DNA of 64,000 nucleotides from a virus. Where the stretch lies: the IMG/VR virus record IMGVR_UViG_3300046323_000234. One strand, given 5' to 3'. Below the pieces are notes generated by a model. That model had not been told where the DNA came from. It was given only the letters and a program-made list of their open reading frames with translations, and made no database searches. This document shows, piece by piece, positions 1-9,665 of the stretch; within the stretch, counting starts at the first letter, position 1; every line of letters starts with the position of its first letter. Made by a program: the position numbers and the translations under genes.

Positions 1-825
1 AAAATTACTATCATCAGCATTTTTGCCAGCATAACCATGAACATGTGTTAATACAGCATTTTTTAATAATGTAAAGAATTCAACAACTTTATCACCTTTT
101 GTTAATGGATGTGTTTTTTCAACAAGTTTAAGAAAATCATCATCAGATTCAAGTATTGATTTAACTCTATTAACACCTTTATGTGATAGTAGATATACAT
201 TATCACCATATAATGTTGAATATGTATCTTGGCCATTATCAGACATCCTTAATTTGAGGTATGCTGGATTTTTTGTATTAAGTGATAGATTGTTATCAAT
301 ATCGTGTTTGCCAGCCCTCAACGTCAAATCTCTAGGCTTTAAGACCATATCAGTGTTATCTCTCCCCAATATTGCAATAATATTTGGATCTGTTGGATAT
401 AAACCTTTGGCGGATGGTATTTTCTTTACACCTTCTTTCGGATTACTTATTCTATTATCTGTTAATGATAATGCACTAAAATAATATGGGTCATTTGATA
501 ATGTTTGAAATTGTGAAATTATTGATCCCATCCAATATCTATTATTATAAGGTTTATTTGGATTTGGAATAAATACATTTACAGATTCACCAATTTTTGG
601 TAAAATATAGAAGAATTTTGGAAGCATCGGAAATACATATGGTAAATCAGCATTCTCAATCTTATTATCAATATTTGGAATTCTAACCCTAATTCGCATC
701 CCATCAAATTCATCAGTTATATCAACAACAACACCTTGTGAAAAAATATCAACTTTTTCAATTTTTGATTCGTTCTTACTAAATACATTAGTGCTTTGCT
801 GTAAATATTTTTTATCGTGCGACAT
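1..825 (-). CDS. Baseplate central spike, T4 gp5/VgrG-like OB-fold protein (3' end runs off the window)
   Basis: Not in the ORF track. Read by hand from ATG at 825: MSHDKKY...GVVVDITDEFDGMRIRVRIP...LPYVFPMLPKFFYILPKIGESVNVF...RYWMGSII, the gp5 OB-fold pattern. A THVH spike-tip-like motif lies near the window edge. Confidence 0.7.
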   Translation of the reverse strand, partial: MSHDKKYLQQSTNVFSKNESKIEKVDIFSQGVVVDITDEFDGMRIRVRIPNIDNKIENADLPYVFPMLPKFFYILPKIGESVNVFIPNPNKPYNNRYWMGSIISQFQTLSNDPYYFSALSLTDNRISNPKEGVKKIPSAKGLYPTDPNIIAILGRDNTDMVLKPRDLTLRAGKHDIDNNLSLNTKNPAYLKLRMSDNGQDTYSTLYGDNVYLLSHKGVNRVKSILESDDDFLKLVEKTHPLTKGDKVVEFFTLLKNAVLTHVHGYAGKNADDSNF

Positions 826-1044
826 TTATGATTTTCTCCAAAGGAATATTTCCATTATTAATTTATACTCTGTTTCAATTTCTTCCATTTCATCAACTTT
901 TTTAATCAAAAGTTCCTTTATCTTCTCATGTCTATCTTGTAAATCTTTTGACATTTTAAGTAATTGAACATTGGTTTTGGATTTATATCTATTTCCAGAT
1001 ATATCCACAACAGTTCTTTCGTTTTCTTGTATTAAATTTTCCAT
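826..1044 (-). CDS. Hypothetical coiled-coil protein
   Basis: ORF abuts its neighbours in an operon; charged, helical composition. Confidence 0.6.
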   Translation of the reverse strand: MENLIQENERTVVDISGNRYKSKTNVQLLKMSKDLQDRHEKIKELLIKKVDEMEEIETEYKLIMEIFLWRKS

Positions 1045-1055
1045 ATTAATAAGTA

Positions 1056-1454
1056 TTATTGCGCCACTGCATATCCAATAGTTATAATAGTTGATGCGCC
1101 AACAGTTGTAACAGGCCCTGCTGGTGATGCGCCAGCAGATACAACAGTAATCCCAGGGGGTAACGCAACTGTTATAATCATATCGGATTGGATTGCTTTT
1201 ATAATTTCTTCTATTCTAATTCTTTCCATTAATTCATCTGGACTAACTTCACCAGATGGTAAATCACCAACTGATAATCCAGCTTCAGCTTTTCTTCTTA
1301 TAACACTTGATGCTATTTTTTGTGCAGATAATCCTGGTCTTGAGGGAACACCAAACAAAATTAATGAAGGTGGAACTGGTGGAGTTACACCACCTTGAAT
1401 TTTAAATAACTTTAAAAAACCTGATGTTATATCTTTTATCGAAGTAAATGCCAT
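1056..1454 (-). CDS. Hypothetical late/virion protein
   Basis: Gly/Pro/Val-rich C-terminus; CTATTTAT motif 14 nt upstream; next to the spike gene. Confidence 0.55.
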   Translation of the reverse strand: MAFTSIKDITSGFLKLFKIQGGVTPPVPPSLILFGVPSRPGLSAQKIASSVIRRKAEAGLSVGDLPSGEVSPDELMERIRIEEIIKAIQSDMIITVALPPGITVVSAGASPAGPVTTVGASTIITIGYAVAQ

Positions 1455-1456
1455 TG

Positions 1457-1723
1457 TTATTGTTTCTTATAAATAGAATCTGGTGGAAAATTAACTCTGG
1501 CAAATATATTATTATCAAATGAGTTAATTGAATGAATATTAAATATATCACTGTCAGGATATAATATTGATATCTCGCTGTACATCATATTATCCATAAA
1601 TATTTTTGTTAAAATTTTTGATACTTCCGAACAACATACCACACCACCATATTTAAATCTAATATTGTTTGGATTTGCATATTTTAAATTATAAAAATAA
1701 TTGGTTCTAAATCTCCTACCCAT
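1457..1723 (-). CDS. CxYIxEI micro-protein family member (divergent)
   Basis: CCSEVSKILTKIFMDNMMYSEI resembles CCNYIIKIVDTIFDNMNYAEV in 62101..62322. Confidence 0.6.
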   Translation of the reverse strand: MGRRFRTNYFYNLKYANPNNIRFKYGGVVCCSEVSKILTKIFMDNMMYSEISILYPDSDIFNIHSINSFDNNIFARVNFPPDSIYKKQ

Positions 1724-1728
1724 ATGAA

Positions 1729-3009
1729 TTATACCAATCCTCTTAAAACGTTTAAATAATTATTGATTTTTTCTCTAATCAATAAAATAATTGCTGGTTT
1801 GATTATTTTCATTAATTCTGTTTTAACGATATTAAATATAAATTCGCCAAACATTTCTTTAACGGTTTCTGAAAAACATTTAATTAGTTTTTTATTTCTA
1901 GCAATTTGTTGTTCTGGTGTTTGTGATGTATCAACAGTTCCATTATTATTTAATGCTTCAACCAAGAATAATAAAAATAACATTTGTGGGGATAATGATA
2001 CACATTTCAATAAGAAATTTTCAATAGCTTTTAATAATCTCTTAAAGAAATTATCTTTAGCAACATTCTTATTATCCAATGTTGAATCTTCATTAACAAA
2101 GCTTGTATCAAATAATGAATTAAATTTTAATGATATTTGTTGTGTATTTCCACTAATGCTTGCTGCTATTTCAGATAGATTGGATACTGTAATACTATTC
2201 TCCATTAATCCACAACCCAAATCTATATAGTTCTTTCCAGATTTAATATCTTGCAACTTTTGATTAATATTATTAATATCATCTGCCGATAATGTTAAAT
2301 CCTCATCTTTGGACATTTTATCCAATAACATATTCAATCGTTGCTCATTTTCGATTTGTTTTAGAGATTTGTTTTGAGTTTTTGTTTTAATATTAAAAAC
2401 CTCATTCAACATCTCTGTTGTAAACTCTTTTTTATTAATGATTTTTAGATTGGATATAAAGCTTGTAATGAACTCACCATTGGTCTGTGAAGTATTGATA
2501 GGGGTATAAATAAAGCTGTCTGTTGCATCATTATACTTTATATAAAGGTTTCCATAGGTCACATCTGAATTAGGGGCTGAAATCGCATTATATGAGGCCA
2601 AATCAAAACTTCCTGATACATAAATTGTTTCACCCAATGCACTATTTGGATTTGTTTTAAATTTTCCGTTTGGATCAACATTCTTTGCTGGAATTGTAAA
2701 TCCATTTGAGAAATATGATGGGATAACTTGGTCTGAATTTACAACAACACTTTGTGATTGTACAGATGTTTTAATATCTGGTTCAATAGTATCTGCAAAT
2801 TCAGTAAAAAACTTCCCAAGTACAAAATCAAGCGAACCACTTCCAATTAATGTTGTTAATAAATCCAACATAAACGGAATTGGTTCGTTTTTATTATTTA
2901 ATGATGGTAGTGAATTAGATGTCTTTTTTATTTTTGAACCAAATTCAGATATGGAAGAAAAAACAGATATTTCATTCACTACATCTAGTTTATCCTTTAT
3001 AATTCCCAT
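1729..3009 (-). CDS. Hypothetical protein, probably virion-associated
   Basis: 426-aa ORF in the late operon downstream of the motif at 3414-3421. Confidence 0.6.
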   Translation of the reverse strand: MGIIKDKLDVVNEISVFSSISEFGSKIKKTSNSLPSLNNKNEPIPFMLDLLTTLIGSGSLDFVLGKFFTEFADTIEPDIKTSVQSQSVVVNSDQVIPSYFSNGFTIPAKNVDPNGKFKTNPNSALGETIYVSGSFDLASYNAISAPNSDVTYGNLYIKYNDATDSFIYTPINTSQTNGEFITSFISNLKIINKKEFTTEMLNEVFNIKTKTQNKSLKQIENEQRLNMLLDKMSKDEDLTLSADDINNINQKLQDIKSGKNYIDLGCGLMENSITVSNLSEIAASISGNTQQISLKFNSLFDTSFVNEDSTLDNKNVAKDNFFKRLLKAIENFLLKCVSLSPQMLFLLFLVEALNNNGTVDTSQTPEQQIARNKKLIKCFSETVKEMFGEFIFNIVKTELMKIIKPAIILLIREKINNYLNVLRGLV

Positions 3010-3018
3010 ATTTTATTC

Positions 3019-3396
3019 TTAGTCCAATCCTTTTAATTTACTATCTTTTATTGTTTGTTTTAGTTCTTCAGCAAATGAATACAAATCCGTGTTTTCACCA
3101 TCTGAATCTTTTTTCTCGGCTTTGCCAATCAATTTAATGTCGTTATATATAATATCTTTCATTATTTTAACAACCTCAACCTTTTTACCTAAAATCTTTT
3201 CTCTTTTATCAATCAAATCTATAATCTGTTTACCAATCATTGCAATATCACCAATTTCACTCGCCTTTGGTTTCCATTTATTTAACAATAAAATAGTATC
3301 AGTACGAATGTTGTGAGTTTCGTTATAACATTCTTGCAAAATCTCCAACATGGATTCTTTTGTAAAATCTAATTTTTTCTTTGTTATGCGTGACAT
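3019..3396 (-). CDS. Hypothetical helical late protein
   Basis: ORF with CTATTTAT 17-18 nt upstream. Confidence 0.6.
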   Translation of the reverse strand: MSRITKKKLDFTKESMLEILQECYNETHNIRTDTILLLNKWKPKASEIGDIAMIGKQIIDLIDKREKILGKKVEVVKIMKDIIYNDIKLIGKAEKKDSDGENTDLYSFAEELKQTIKDSKLKGLD

Positions 3397-3441
3397 AGCT
3401 ATTTAGTTTATATATAAATAGTTATGATTTTAATATTTGCA

Positions 3442-3657
3442 TTATATTCGAATTTGTCTAAAAATATTTTTTATTCTTAAATTATAAAATAATCTAACGA
3501 GATATCCATCATCATACTTACTAATGTAACTAATTTTATTTATTTCATCATGCAATAAATGATTTTGAAACAAATCCAATAATATCTCTTCAACATATTT
3601 GCAGAAAACAATTTTTGGATTTGTTTCTATTTTGTAATTATTCTTCATCCCTTTCAA
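3442..3657 (-). CDS. CxYIxEI micro-protein family member
   Basis: FCKYVEEILLDLFQNHLLHDEINKI. Confidence 0.7.
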   Translation of the reverse strand: MKGMKNNYKIETNPKIVFCKYVEEILLDLFQNHLLHDEINKISYISKYDDGYLVRLFYNLRIKNIFRQIRI

Positions 3658-4333
3658 AAATAAAATTTGTTTTTGTTAAATCAACATCATTTGGTATTAT
3701 ATCCTTTAATTCTTTGTATTTATTTTTTATGTTGGACATTGTTTTTATTCTATGTGCTTCTTCAATTTGCCACATTATTGTTTCAAAGGTTGAGCCAAAT
3801 ACACAAATTAATTCATTCGATAATAAATTTTTATTAATTATAACAAGAATATCTTCAACATATTTACAAGCTAAATGATGATTATTATAACATTTATTAA
3901 CATCATATTCTAATTCTATTTTATTAGATGGTGTATTTAATTTATAAGAATGTGTGATATAATAGTGGTGATTTTTTACAATATTAATACTACTATTATT
4001 ATGATAATTAGGTCGAATTTTTGATAATAACTTTCTTCTATTATAATCCAACCACATATTTTTCCAATCCAATGAATCATGTAACATATTGAATTCATCA
4101 TGTAATAAATCTTTTTTTATTAAAAACATAATATCTTCAATATATAAACATGTTGAATTATATTGGATTGGTAATTTTTCATATCTCCACGTTTCTTTAC
4201 TACTTAGATTTAGAAGAAATTCATTTCTCTTAGCAGCATATGCTATATTATGATAATCATATTCTTCTGGTAATAAATGAATGTTTATATGATTTACAAT
4301 ATCTTCAATATATTTACAAACTAAATTATTCAT
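3638..4333 (-). CDS. Three-unit fusion of the CxYIxEI family
   Basis: VCKYIEDIVNHINIHLLPEE, TCLYIEDIMFLIKKDLLHDE and ACKYVEDILVIINKNLLSNE in one ORF. Confidence 0.75.
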   Translation of the reverse strand: MNNLVCKYIEDIVNHINIHLLPEEYDYHNIAYAAKRNEFLLNLSSKETWRYEKLPIQYNSTCLYIEDIMFLIKKDLLHDEFNMLHDSLDWKNMWLDYNRRKLLSKIRPNYHNNSSINIVKNHHYYITHSYKLNTPSNKIELEYDVNKCYNNHHLACKYVEDILVIINKNLLSNELICVFGSTFETIMWQIEEAHRIKTMSNIKNKYKELKDIIPNDVDLTKTNFIFERDEE

Positions 4334-5210
4334 TATCCATATTTATCATTTTTTTAGTAAGATAATAAATTGATTTATAATTTTTAATTGAATCACGAAT
4401 ATCTTTTGTTGTTAATCTTGTTTGTTCTTTTAAGAGCAACAACATTTTATTCTTTCTAAAGTTGGATGTAGATTGTTTACCATCATTATCTTCTGTAATT
4501 TCTTCATTGAATAATGTTTTCCAGTTAAATAAAATACTTATAATAGCTTCACCGACAATAATTTCATTTTTCTTTAGAAGGGTATTGGTTTTAATTTCCA
4601 ATCTAATCTGATCAACTACTGAATTAAAGAATTTATTTTCATCTTCTTCTTGTTGATCTGATGTATCCATTTCATAAGCATAATCATATCTAGTTTCAAC
4701 TTCATCAATAAACACTTCAAAATCAAGATTTTCAATTACTTCTTTTCTTGCATCTTTTGATCTATGTCTAAAATAATTTCTAACAATAGTTCCATAGTAA
4801 GAATAGGCACTGGCTATACAGGTTCTATATTCAAATTCAATCGAACCTTGGATTTCGTTTAATTTCTTTAATTGTTCAAGTTCAGTTTTATACTTAAAAT
4901 GTTTATGCTTTTCCCAATCATCTTCTGAATTTATTCTTCTATATTCAATCAGAAATTTATTATACTTATGCATATTTTCAATTAAAAAGGATAATCCATC
5001 CATTTCAAGTTCCACAATATCATGATTGCCAATATAATTTCTATATCGCTTCAAAATAGATGGAATCATCTTTTTAAATGCTTTTTTAAGTATTAGATTA
5101 TATATTTGATTTTTCGTTTCCGAATCACCCAATAAATAATCCATTACTGCTTGTTCTTCTCTTTCTCCAAAATACGGTTCTTTTAGTTTGACACCTTTCT
5201 TCCTACCCAT
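4326..5210 (-). CDS. Phage RNA polymerase sigma factor, gp55-like (late transcription)
   Basis: YFGEREEQAV..., ELEMDGLSFLIENMHKYN...AYSYYGTIVRNYF match the sigma region-2 pattern of phage late sigmas. Confidence 0.7.
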   Translation of the reverse strand: MGRKKGVKLKEPYFGEREEQAVMDYLLGDSETKNQIYNLILKKAFKKMIPSILKRYRNYIGNHDIVELEMDGLSFLIENMHKYNKFLIEYRRINSEDDWEKHKHFKYKTELEQLKKLNEIQGSIEFEYRTCIASAYSYYGTIVRNYFRHRSKDARKEVIENLDFEVFIDEVETRYDYAYEMDTSDQQEEDENKFFNSVVDQIRLEIKTNTLLKKNEIIVGEAIISILFNWKTLFNEEITEDNDGKQSTSNFRKNKMLLLLKEQTRLTTKDIRDSIKNYKSIYYLTKKMINMDNE

Positions 5211-5255
5211 TTAAATTTTAGTACATCTATATTATATTATTTTAGGTTGAAGAAA

Positions 5256-6074
5256 TTATTGTTCGATTAGAAAAAATTCTTTAGTTTCACGTTCTGTTTT
5301 GAAATAATACTCTCTTTTGGCAATTTCAAACCAATGATGAATTTCTTTTTGAATTAATGTCATTTGATATTGATGAAACAATGAATCAACTCTATTTGTT
5401 GTATGTAGATATAACAATTTTGACATTACCATAATATCCATATTGTTAAAGGCATATCTTAATAGTAGTTCATAATTAAAAGTTAATTTAATATTGGTTT
5501 TATATTTACCAACCTCAATAAAATCTTTTGTTTTAAATGCTCCACCAGTAACCAAGAAATATGTGTATTCTGTTAATGTCTGAAGTGATAATACACCAAG
5601 TTCACCAATCTGAATAATGCTTTTAGACCATGCACCATCATTTGAGTATCTAATAAATTCGTTTTTATCAGTCACTTCAACAGTCAATGGCAAGAATACC
5701 GATGCATCTGGATATGCTTTAATATATTCATGTAAATTCTTTGTATAGGCATCAGAAAGTTGATCATCAAACTCCAATATTGTAAAATATTCAGTTTTAA
5801 TATTATCAACAGCATAATTTACTTGTGAACAATAATCATTTTTTTGTTCATTTTCCAATAGCTCGATTTTAATTCCAAAATCAGATGCTTGAATATATTC
5901 AGTTAATTCATTTTTAATATCTGAATGATAAACCAACAATAGTGTTGGAATTTGTTTTTTATCTCGTTGATTTGTTACCGATGTTATTGCTTTAACCAAA
6001 TAACCTTTTATTTCTTCAGAAAATTTATGGATTGGTATAATAACTGTTAATGTCTTTTTCATATTATTGTTCAA
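5256..6074 (-). CDS. Glycosyltransferase family 2
   Basis: LTVIIPIH, AITSV, QVNYAV, ILEFDD, YELLLR. Confidence 0.8.
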   Translation of the reverse strand: MNNNMKKTLTVIIPIHKFSEEIKGYLVKAITSVTNQRDKKQIPTLLLVYHSDIKNELTEYIQASDFGIKIELLENEQKNDYCSQVNYAVDNIKTEYFTILEFDDQLSDAYTKNLHEYIKAYPDASVFLPLTVEVTDKNEFIRYSNDGAWSKSIIQIGELGVLSLQTLTEYTYFLVTGGAFKTKDFIEVGKYKTNIKLTFNYELLLRYAFNNMDIMVMSKLLYLHTTNRVDSLFHQYQMTLIQKEIHHWFEIAKREYYFKTERETKEFFLIEQ

Positions 6075-7116
6075 TTAGATTGCTAGATAATGCGTTTTCA
6101 AATAATTTTATTCTATCTTGGATATATTTACCATAGATTTCTTTTAATTGCTTTTTAGATTCTTCAACTGTATATTTTGACACAGTTTCATCCATAGCTG
6201 TTTTAAGCACGTCTAGTGCTGGCAAATCTTGCAAGTGTGTATTAACTGCTTGTGCAAGAACATCTGGCAAATTATATAAATCATATGTCCAAAGGGCATT
6301 TGTTTCAGTTAGATAATCTGGTTGAATATCTGGAACTAATCCAACGACAATATTTCCAGATTTCATTGCTTCAATTGCAAATGTTCCAAAAGATGCGATT
6401 CTATCAATCCAAAGAGATGCAAATGATTCACCAAGTTTTTGTGCGAATTGTTCTCTTGGCAATCCAGACAAATCTTCAAATGAAATAAATCTATATTGTG
6501 GATATTTGTAATAAAACATTTTAACTACTTTTGTTAGATCATTACCATTTCTGGTTAAGAATGAAATAGTTAGTTTCTTTGGTTTATTTGATGATTTAAA
6601 ATAATCAGGAATACCAATAGAATATTTTTGAATTTCAGTACCCATACCGAATGATTCAGCAGCAATTGATTTTAATTTATCACTTGTTGTTAGAACTTTG
6701 GTTAGTCCCAAATCTTTCCAATGCATGGCTGGAACTAGTGCGTTTAGTGCATAATCATGTGAGAATGATAATACAATTTTTTCACAAGATATTTGCTTAA
6801 CTTGTTCCATAATATTTGTATAAATATCTGGAATCAATAGAAAATCTTCTGGTCTGATTGTTAATTTATGACTATCCGCAAAAATATGTGGAATATCTGT
6901 CAATGTGGCCTCAAACCAAGTTGGTTTTTCACATTGCATATTTTCCAACATCATTTGTACATCATATCCATCTTCTTTCAAGACATTCGCTTGAAAATAC
7001 ATTTCATATACAATTGCTGATGGCACTTGTATATTTGGTAAGAAGAATATAAATTTTGATTTTTTATTTACGAGATTATCGTATGTTTCCTTGATTTTTA
7101 AGAATTTATCTTCCAT
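6064..7116 (-). CDS. GT-B fold glycosyltransferase (GT4-like)
   Basis: SFGTFAIEAMKSGNIVVG corresponds to the GT4 ExFG...EAM motif. Confidence 0.75.
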   Translation of the reverse strand: MEDKFLKIKETYDNLVNKKSKFIFFLPNIQVPSAIVYEMYFQANVLKEDGYDVQMMLENMQCEKPTWFEATLTDIPHIFADSHKLTIRPEDFLLIPDIYTNIMEQVKQISCEKIVLSFSHDYALNALVPAMHWKDLGLTKVLTTSDKLKSIAAESFGMGTEIQKYSIGIPDYFKSSNKPKKLTISFLTRNGNDLTKVVKMFYYKYPQYRFISFEDLSGLPREQFAQKLGESFASLWIDRIASFGTFAIEAMKSGNIVVGLVPDIQPDYLTETNALWTYDLYNLPDVLAQAVNTHLQDLPALDVLKTAMDETVSKYTVEESKKQLKEIYGKYIQDRIKLFENALSSNLIEQ

Positions 7117-7117
7117 T

Positions 7118-7393
7118 TTATTTGTTTATGTTTTTTAATTCGTTTGTATAATTATTTAATATTTCAGTTGTTTTATCTAAAATTGTTTTAACTGATATAT
7201 ATTCCTGTTCTGTAACTAATTTTGGATTTAAACATTCTATTCTAGAATTTTCACCCCTTATTGGAATAATATATTGAATAATATTATCGTCAGGGATTAA
7301 AACACTATCATTTACTCTACTAAGATATGTTTGACAATCTTCTGGTGAGATATTACCAATATCCACATAGAAAACTAATATGATTCTATCCAT
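7118..7393 (-). CDS. Hypothetical protein
   Basis: ORF tightly coupled in the operon. Confidence 0.6.
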   Translation of the reverse strand: MDRIILVFYVDIGNISPEDCQTYLSRVNDSVLIPDDNIIQYIIPIRGENSRIECLNPKLVTEQEYISVKTILDKTTEILNNYTNELKNINK

Positions 7394-8081
7394 TTAATTT
7401 TAATGTTTTATTTAATAGTTTGTTTAATATTTTTCCATCTTTTAATTCTTCCAACTTTGAAATTTCAAAATTGGATTTGGAATTAACATTATATGGCATT
7501 TTCACCTTTATTGATTTTTTACCTTTTGGAATTATATCCAATGTCTCTGGATATGTGGTGATATAAATATCACAATTGTCCCAAATTTCTTTATTTGTTG
7601 ATACAAATTTATAGTTTCTAAGTTTTGTACTATTTTTACTTAAAAAGAATAATGTAAAAGGTATTGTTAAATTATTCTCTTTGGCTAAAATAACAAATTC
7701 AAAATCATCTCTATAATCCCTATATAATTCATTTAAATGAACAAATACATTGGTATATATCTTGCCAGTTGATGAGAATACTTCAAAAGTATAATCTTCA
7801 AATAAAAAGAATTTTAATGCCAAATCTTTTGTTATAAGTTCTTGAACTTCATCAAATTTAGCCTCATTTGATATCCAACCATTTTCATCATCCAATAAAT
7901 AAGTTACTTTTCTAATCTTATCTTCAAATTTATAATGATTTAATAGATTGGTCGTATTGATTGGTTTAGTTATAATAGCATTATCTCCAAACTCTTTCAT
8001 ATATGAATTTTCAATAGCATATAAATAAGCTCTTAAAACTTCATTAATGTCAATACCAATTATTTTTTTTCTTTTTGCCAT
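7386..8081 (-). CDS. HAD-superfamily 5'(3')-deoxyribonucleotidase-like protein
   Basis: IGIDINEVLR (motif I variant, DxN) and C-terminal PYN as in NT5C-like phage proteins. Confidence 0.55.
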   Translation of the reverse strand: MAKRKKIIGIDINEVLRAYLYAIENSYMKEFGDNAIITKPINTTNLLNHYKFEDKIRKVTYLLDDENGWISNEAKFDEVQELITKDLALKFFLFEDYTFEVFSSTGKIYTNVFVHLNELYRDYRDDFEFVILAKENNLTIPFTLFFLSKNSTKLRNYKFVSTNKEIWDNCDIYITTYPETLDIIPKGKKSIKVKMPYNVNSKSNFEISKLEELKDGKILNKLLNKTLKLNG

Positions 8082-8083
8082 AA

Positions 8084-8911
8084 TTAAAAACTATTTTCGA
8101 TTGGTTGTAAGCCGTAAATACATTCACCCTGTGCCACATAAGATCTACCCGATCCAAACATAATCCTAGCATCCAATCCATTATATTTTATTTCTTCTGA
8201 TTGTCCATTGAATAATATTAAATCACCAATCAAATCTCCGTTTGTCACGATATCCCCAAGTTTTTTATTGCTTGGAATAAATATTCCTTCACTACTGCTA
8301 TTAAATTCAATATAGTGTGAGTATATTGGATTTAAAGATTCAATTGTTAATGTGCTAACATTTGATATTAATTTTAATATAATTCTTGCACCATTTTTTG
8401 CAGAGTTTATATCAACAATATCAAGTTTATTTAATTCAATGGTAAATCCAATCTTATCATTGTCCAAGCAATATTTTTTTATTGTATCATTACTACTATT
8501 TCTAATAACATAATAAATATCACTACTTCTACAAAAATTAACATATGAATTACAAAATTTATCTCTATTGATTAATACAAAATCAGTACACAATGGTGAT
8601 GAATGTATATCTATAACAACATCTGAATTATCGATATTTTCTTTTAATGTTTCAAAAATGTCAACATTATCGGATTTAAACATTCTATTCAAATCATTTT
8701 GGATTGGCATCTCTCTGGTATTATCTCTAATACCTTGTTCATTTACAAAGTTTATAACAGTTAATTCACTATAATTTGGTGAATCTTGTGTTAAATATCT
8801 TTCCAATATAGATGCTGACATCACTGGTGTTAATTCATTTCCATGAACACCAGCAATTACTAATATTCTTTTAGTACCAGTTCCGTTGTATTTATTTAGT
8901 TGCATAATCAA
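8084..8911 (-). CDS. M14 succinylglutamate desuccinylase/aspartoacylase-family hydrolase
   Basis: AGVHGNE, DLNRMF, VIDIHS, FTIEL; C-terminal hybrid-barrel-like segment. Confidence 0.85.
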   Translation of the reverse strand: MIMQLNKYNGTGTKRILVIAGVHGNELTPVMSASILERYLTQDSPNYSELTVINFVNEQGIRDNTREMPIQNDLNRMFKSDNVDIFETLKENIDNSDVVIDIHSSPLCTDFVLINRDKFCNSYVNFCRSSDIYYVIRNSSNDTIKKYCLDNDKIGFTIELNKLDIVDINSAKNGARIILKLISNVSTLTIESLNPIYSHYIEFNSSSEGIFIPSNKKLGDIVTNGDLIGDLILFNGQSEEIKYNGLDARIMFGSGRSYVAQGECIYGLQPIENSF

Positions 8912-9665
8912 TCACTTCGTCAATTAATTCAAGTTCTTTTGCTTCATCAGCACTTAAATAATAATCACCTTCTTTCAACTTATTTTCCCACCATACTTTA
9001 GATTTATTTGATTTTGAAACCAATAAATCTAAAACACAATTGTTTAATTTCTTCAAATGTTCATAATTGATGGCCATATCTTTAAATGCTCCAAAAAATC
9101 CTCCATTGGTTTGGTGAATCATCATCCATGAGTTCTTGGACATTTTTCTATAATCACATGCAATCAAAATAAACGCACCACCAGACATTATCTGTCCACG
9201 ACCTGTACCATGTATTGGATATGGTTTTTCATTCAACAGATCAACAATTCCAAGTGTTGTATAAGCATCACCACCATAAGATGTTACAACAATATTTAAT
9301 GGTGATATTTTATCTTCTTCATATTCTGGAGATAACTTTTCAATTATTCTTATTTTTGTATCCATTTCTGATAGCGATAAATCATCAATATCAGATGATA
9401 AGTGAATCGTTTTATCACCAACATCAATTCTATGTTCCAATAATTCTTTTAATGCTACACTATATTGATTCCAAAATTCATTAGATTCCATTTCAGATGG
9501 CATCATTTCATCACCTTTTTGATCTTCTGGTGTATATGACATTTGTATTTCAATTGATGTACCTAGATGTTTCTCTAAATCATCTTTTAATTTATTATAT
9601 TTTTTGAAAAATGATTTATCATTCTTCATTTTATCTTGCAATTCCAAATATTTTACCTTATCCAT
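8892..9665 (-). CDS. clpP: ClpP-family protease subunit with N-terminal extension
   Basis: TSYGGD, GQIMSGGA (Ser), MMIHQ (His), GDYYLSADEAKELELIDEV (Asp). Confidence 0.88.
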   Translation of the reverse strand: MDKVKYLELQDKMKNDKSFFKKYNKLKDDLEKHLGTSIEIQMSYTPEDQKGDEMMPSEMESNEFWNQYSVALKELLEHRIDVGDKTIHLSSDIDDLSLSEMDTKIRIIEKLSPEYEEDKISPLNIVVTSYGGDAYTTLGIVDLLNEKPYPIHGTGRGQIMSGGAFILIACDYRKMSKNSWMMIHQTNGGFFGAFKDMAINYEHLKKLNNCVLDLLVSKSNKSKVWWENKLKEGDYYLSADEAKELELIDEVIDYATK

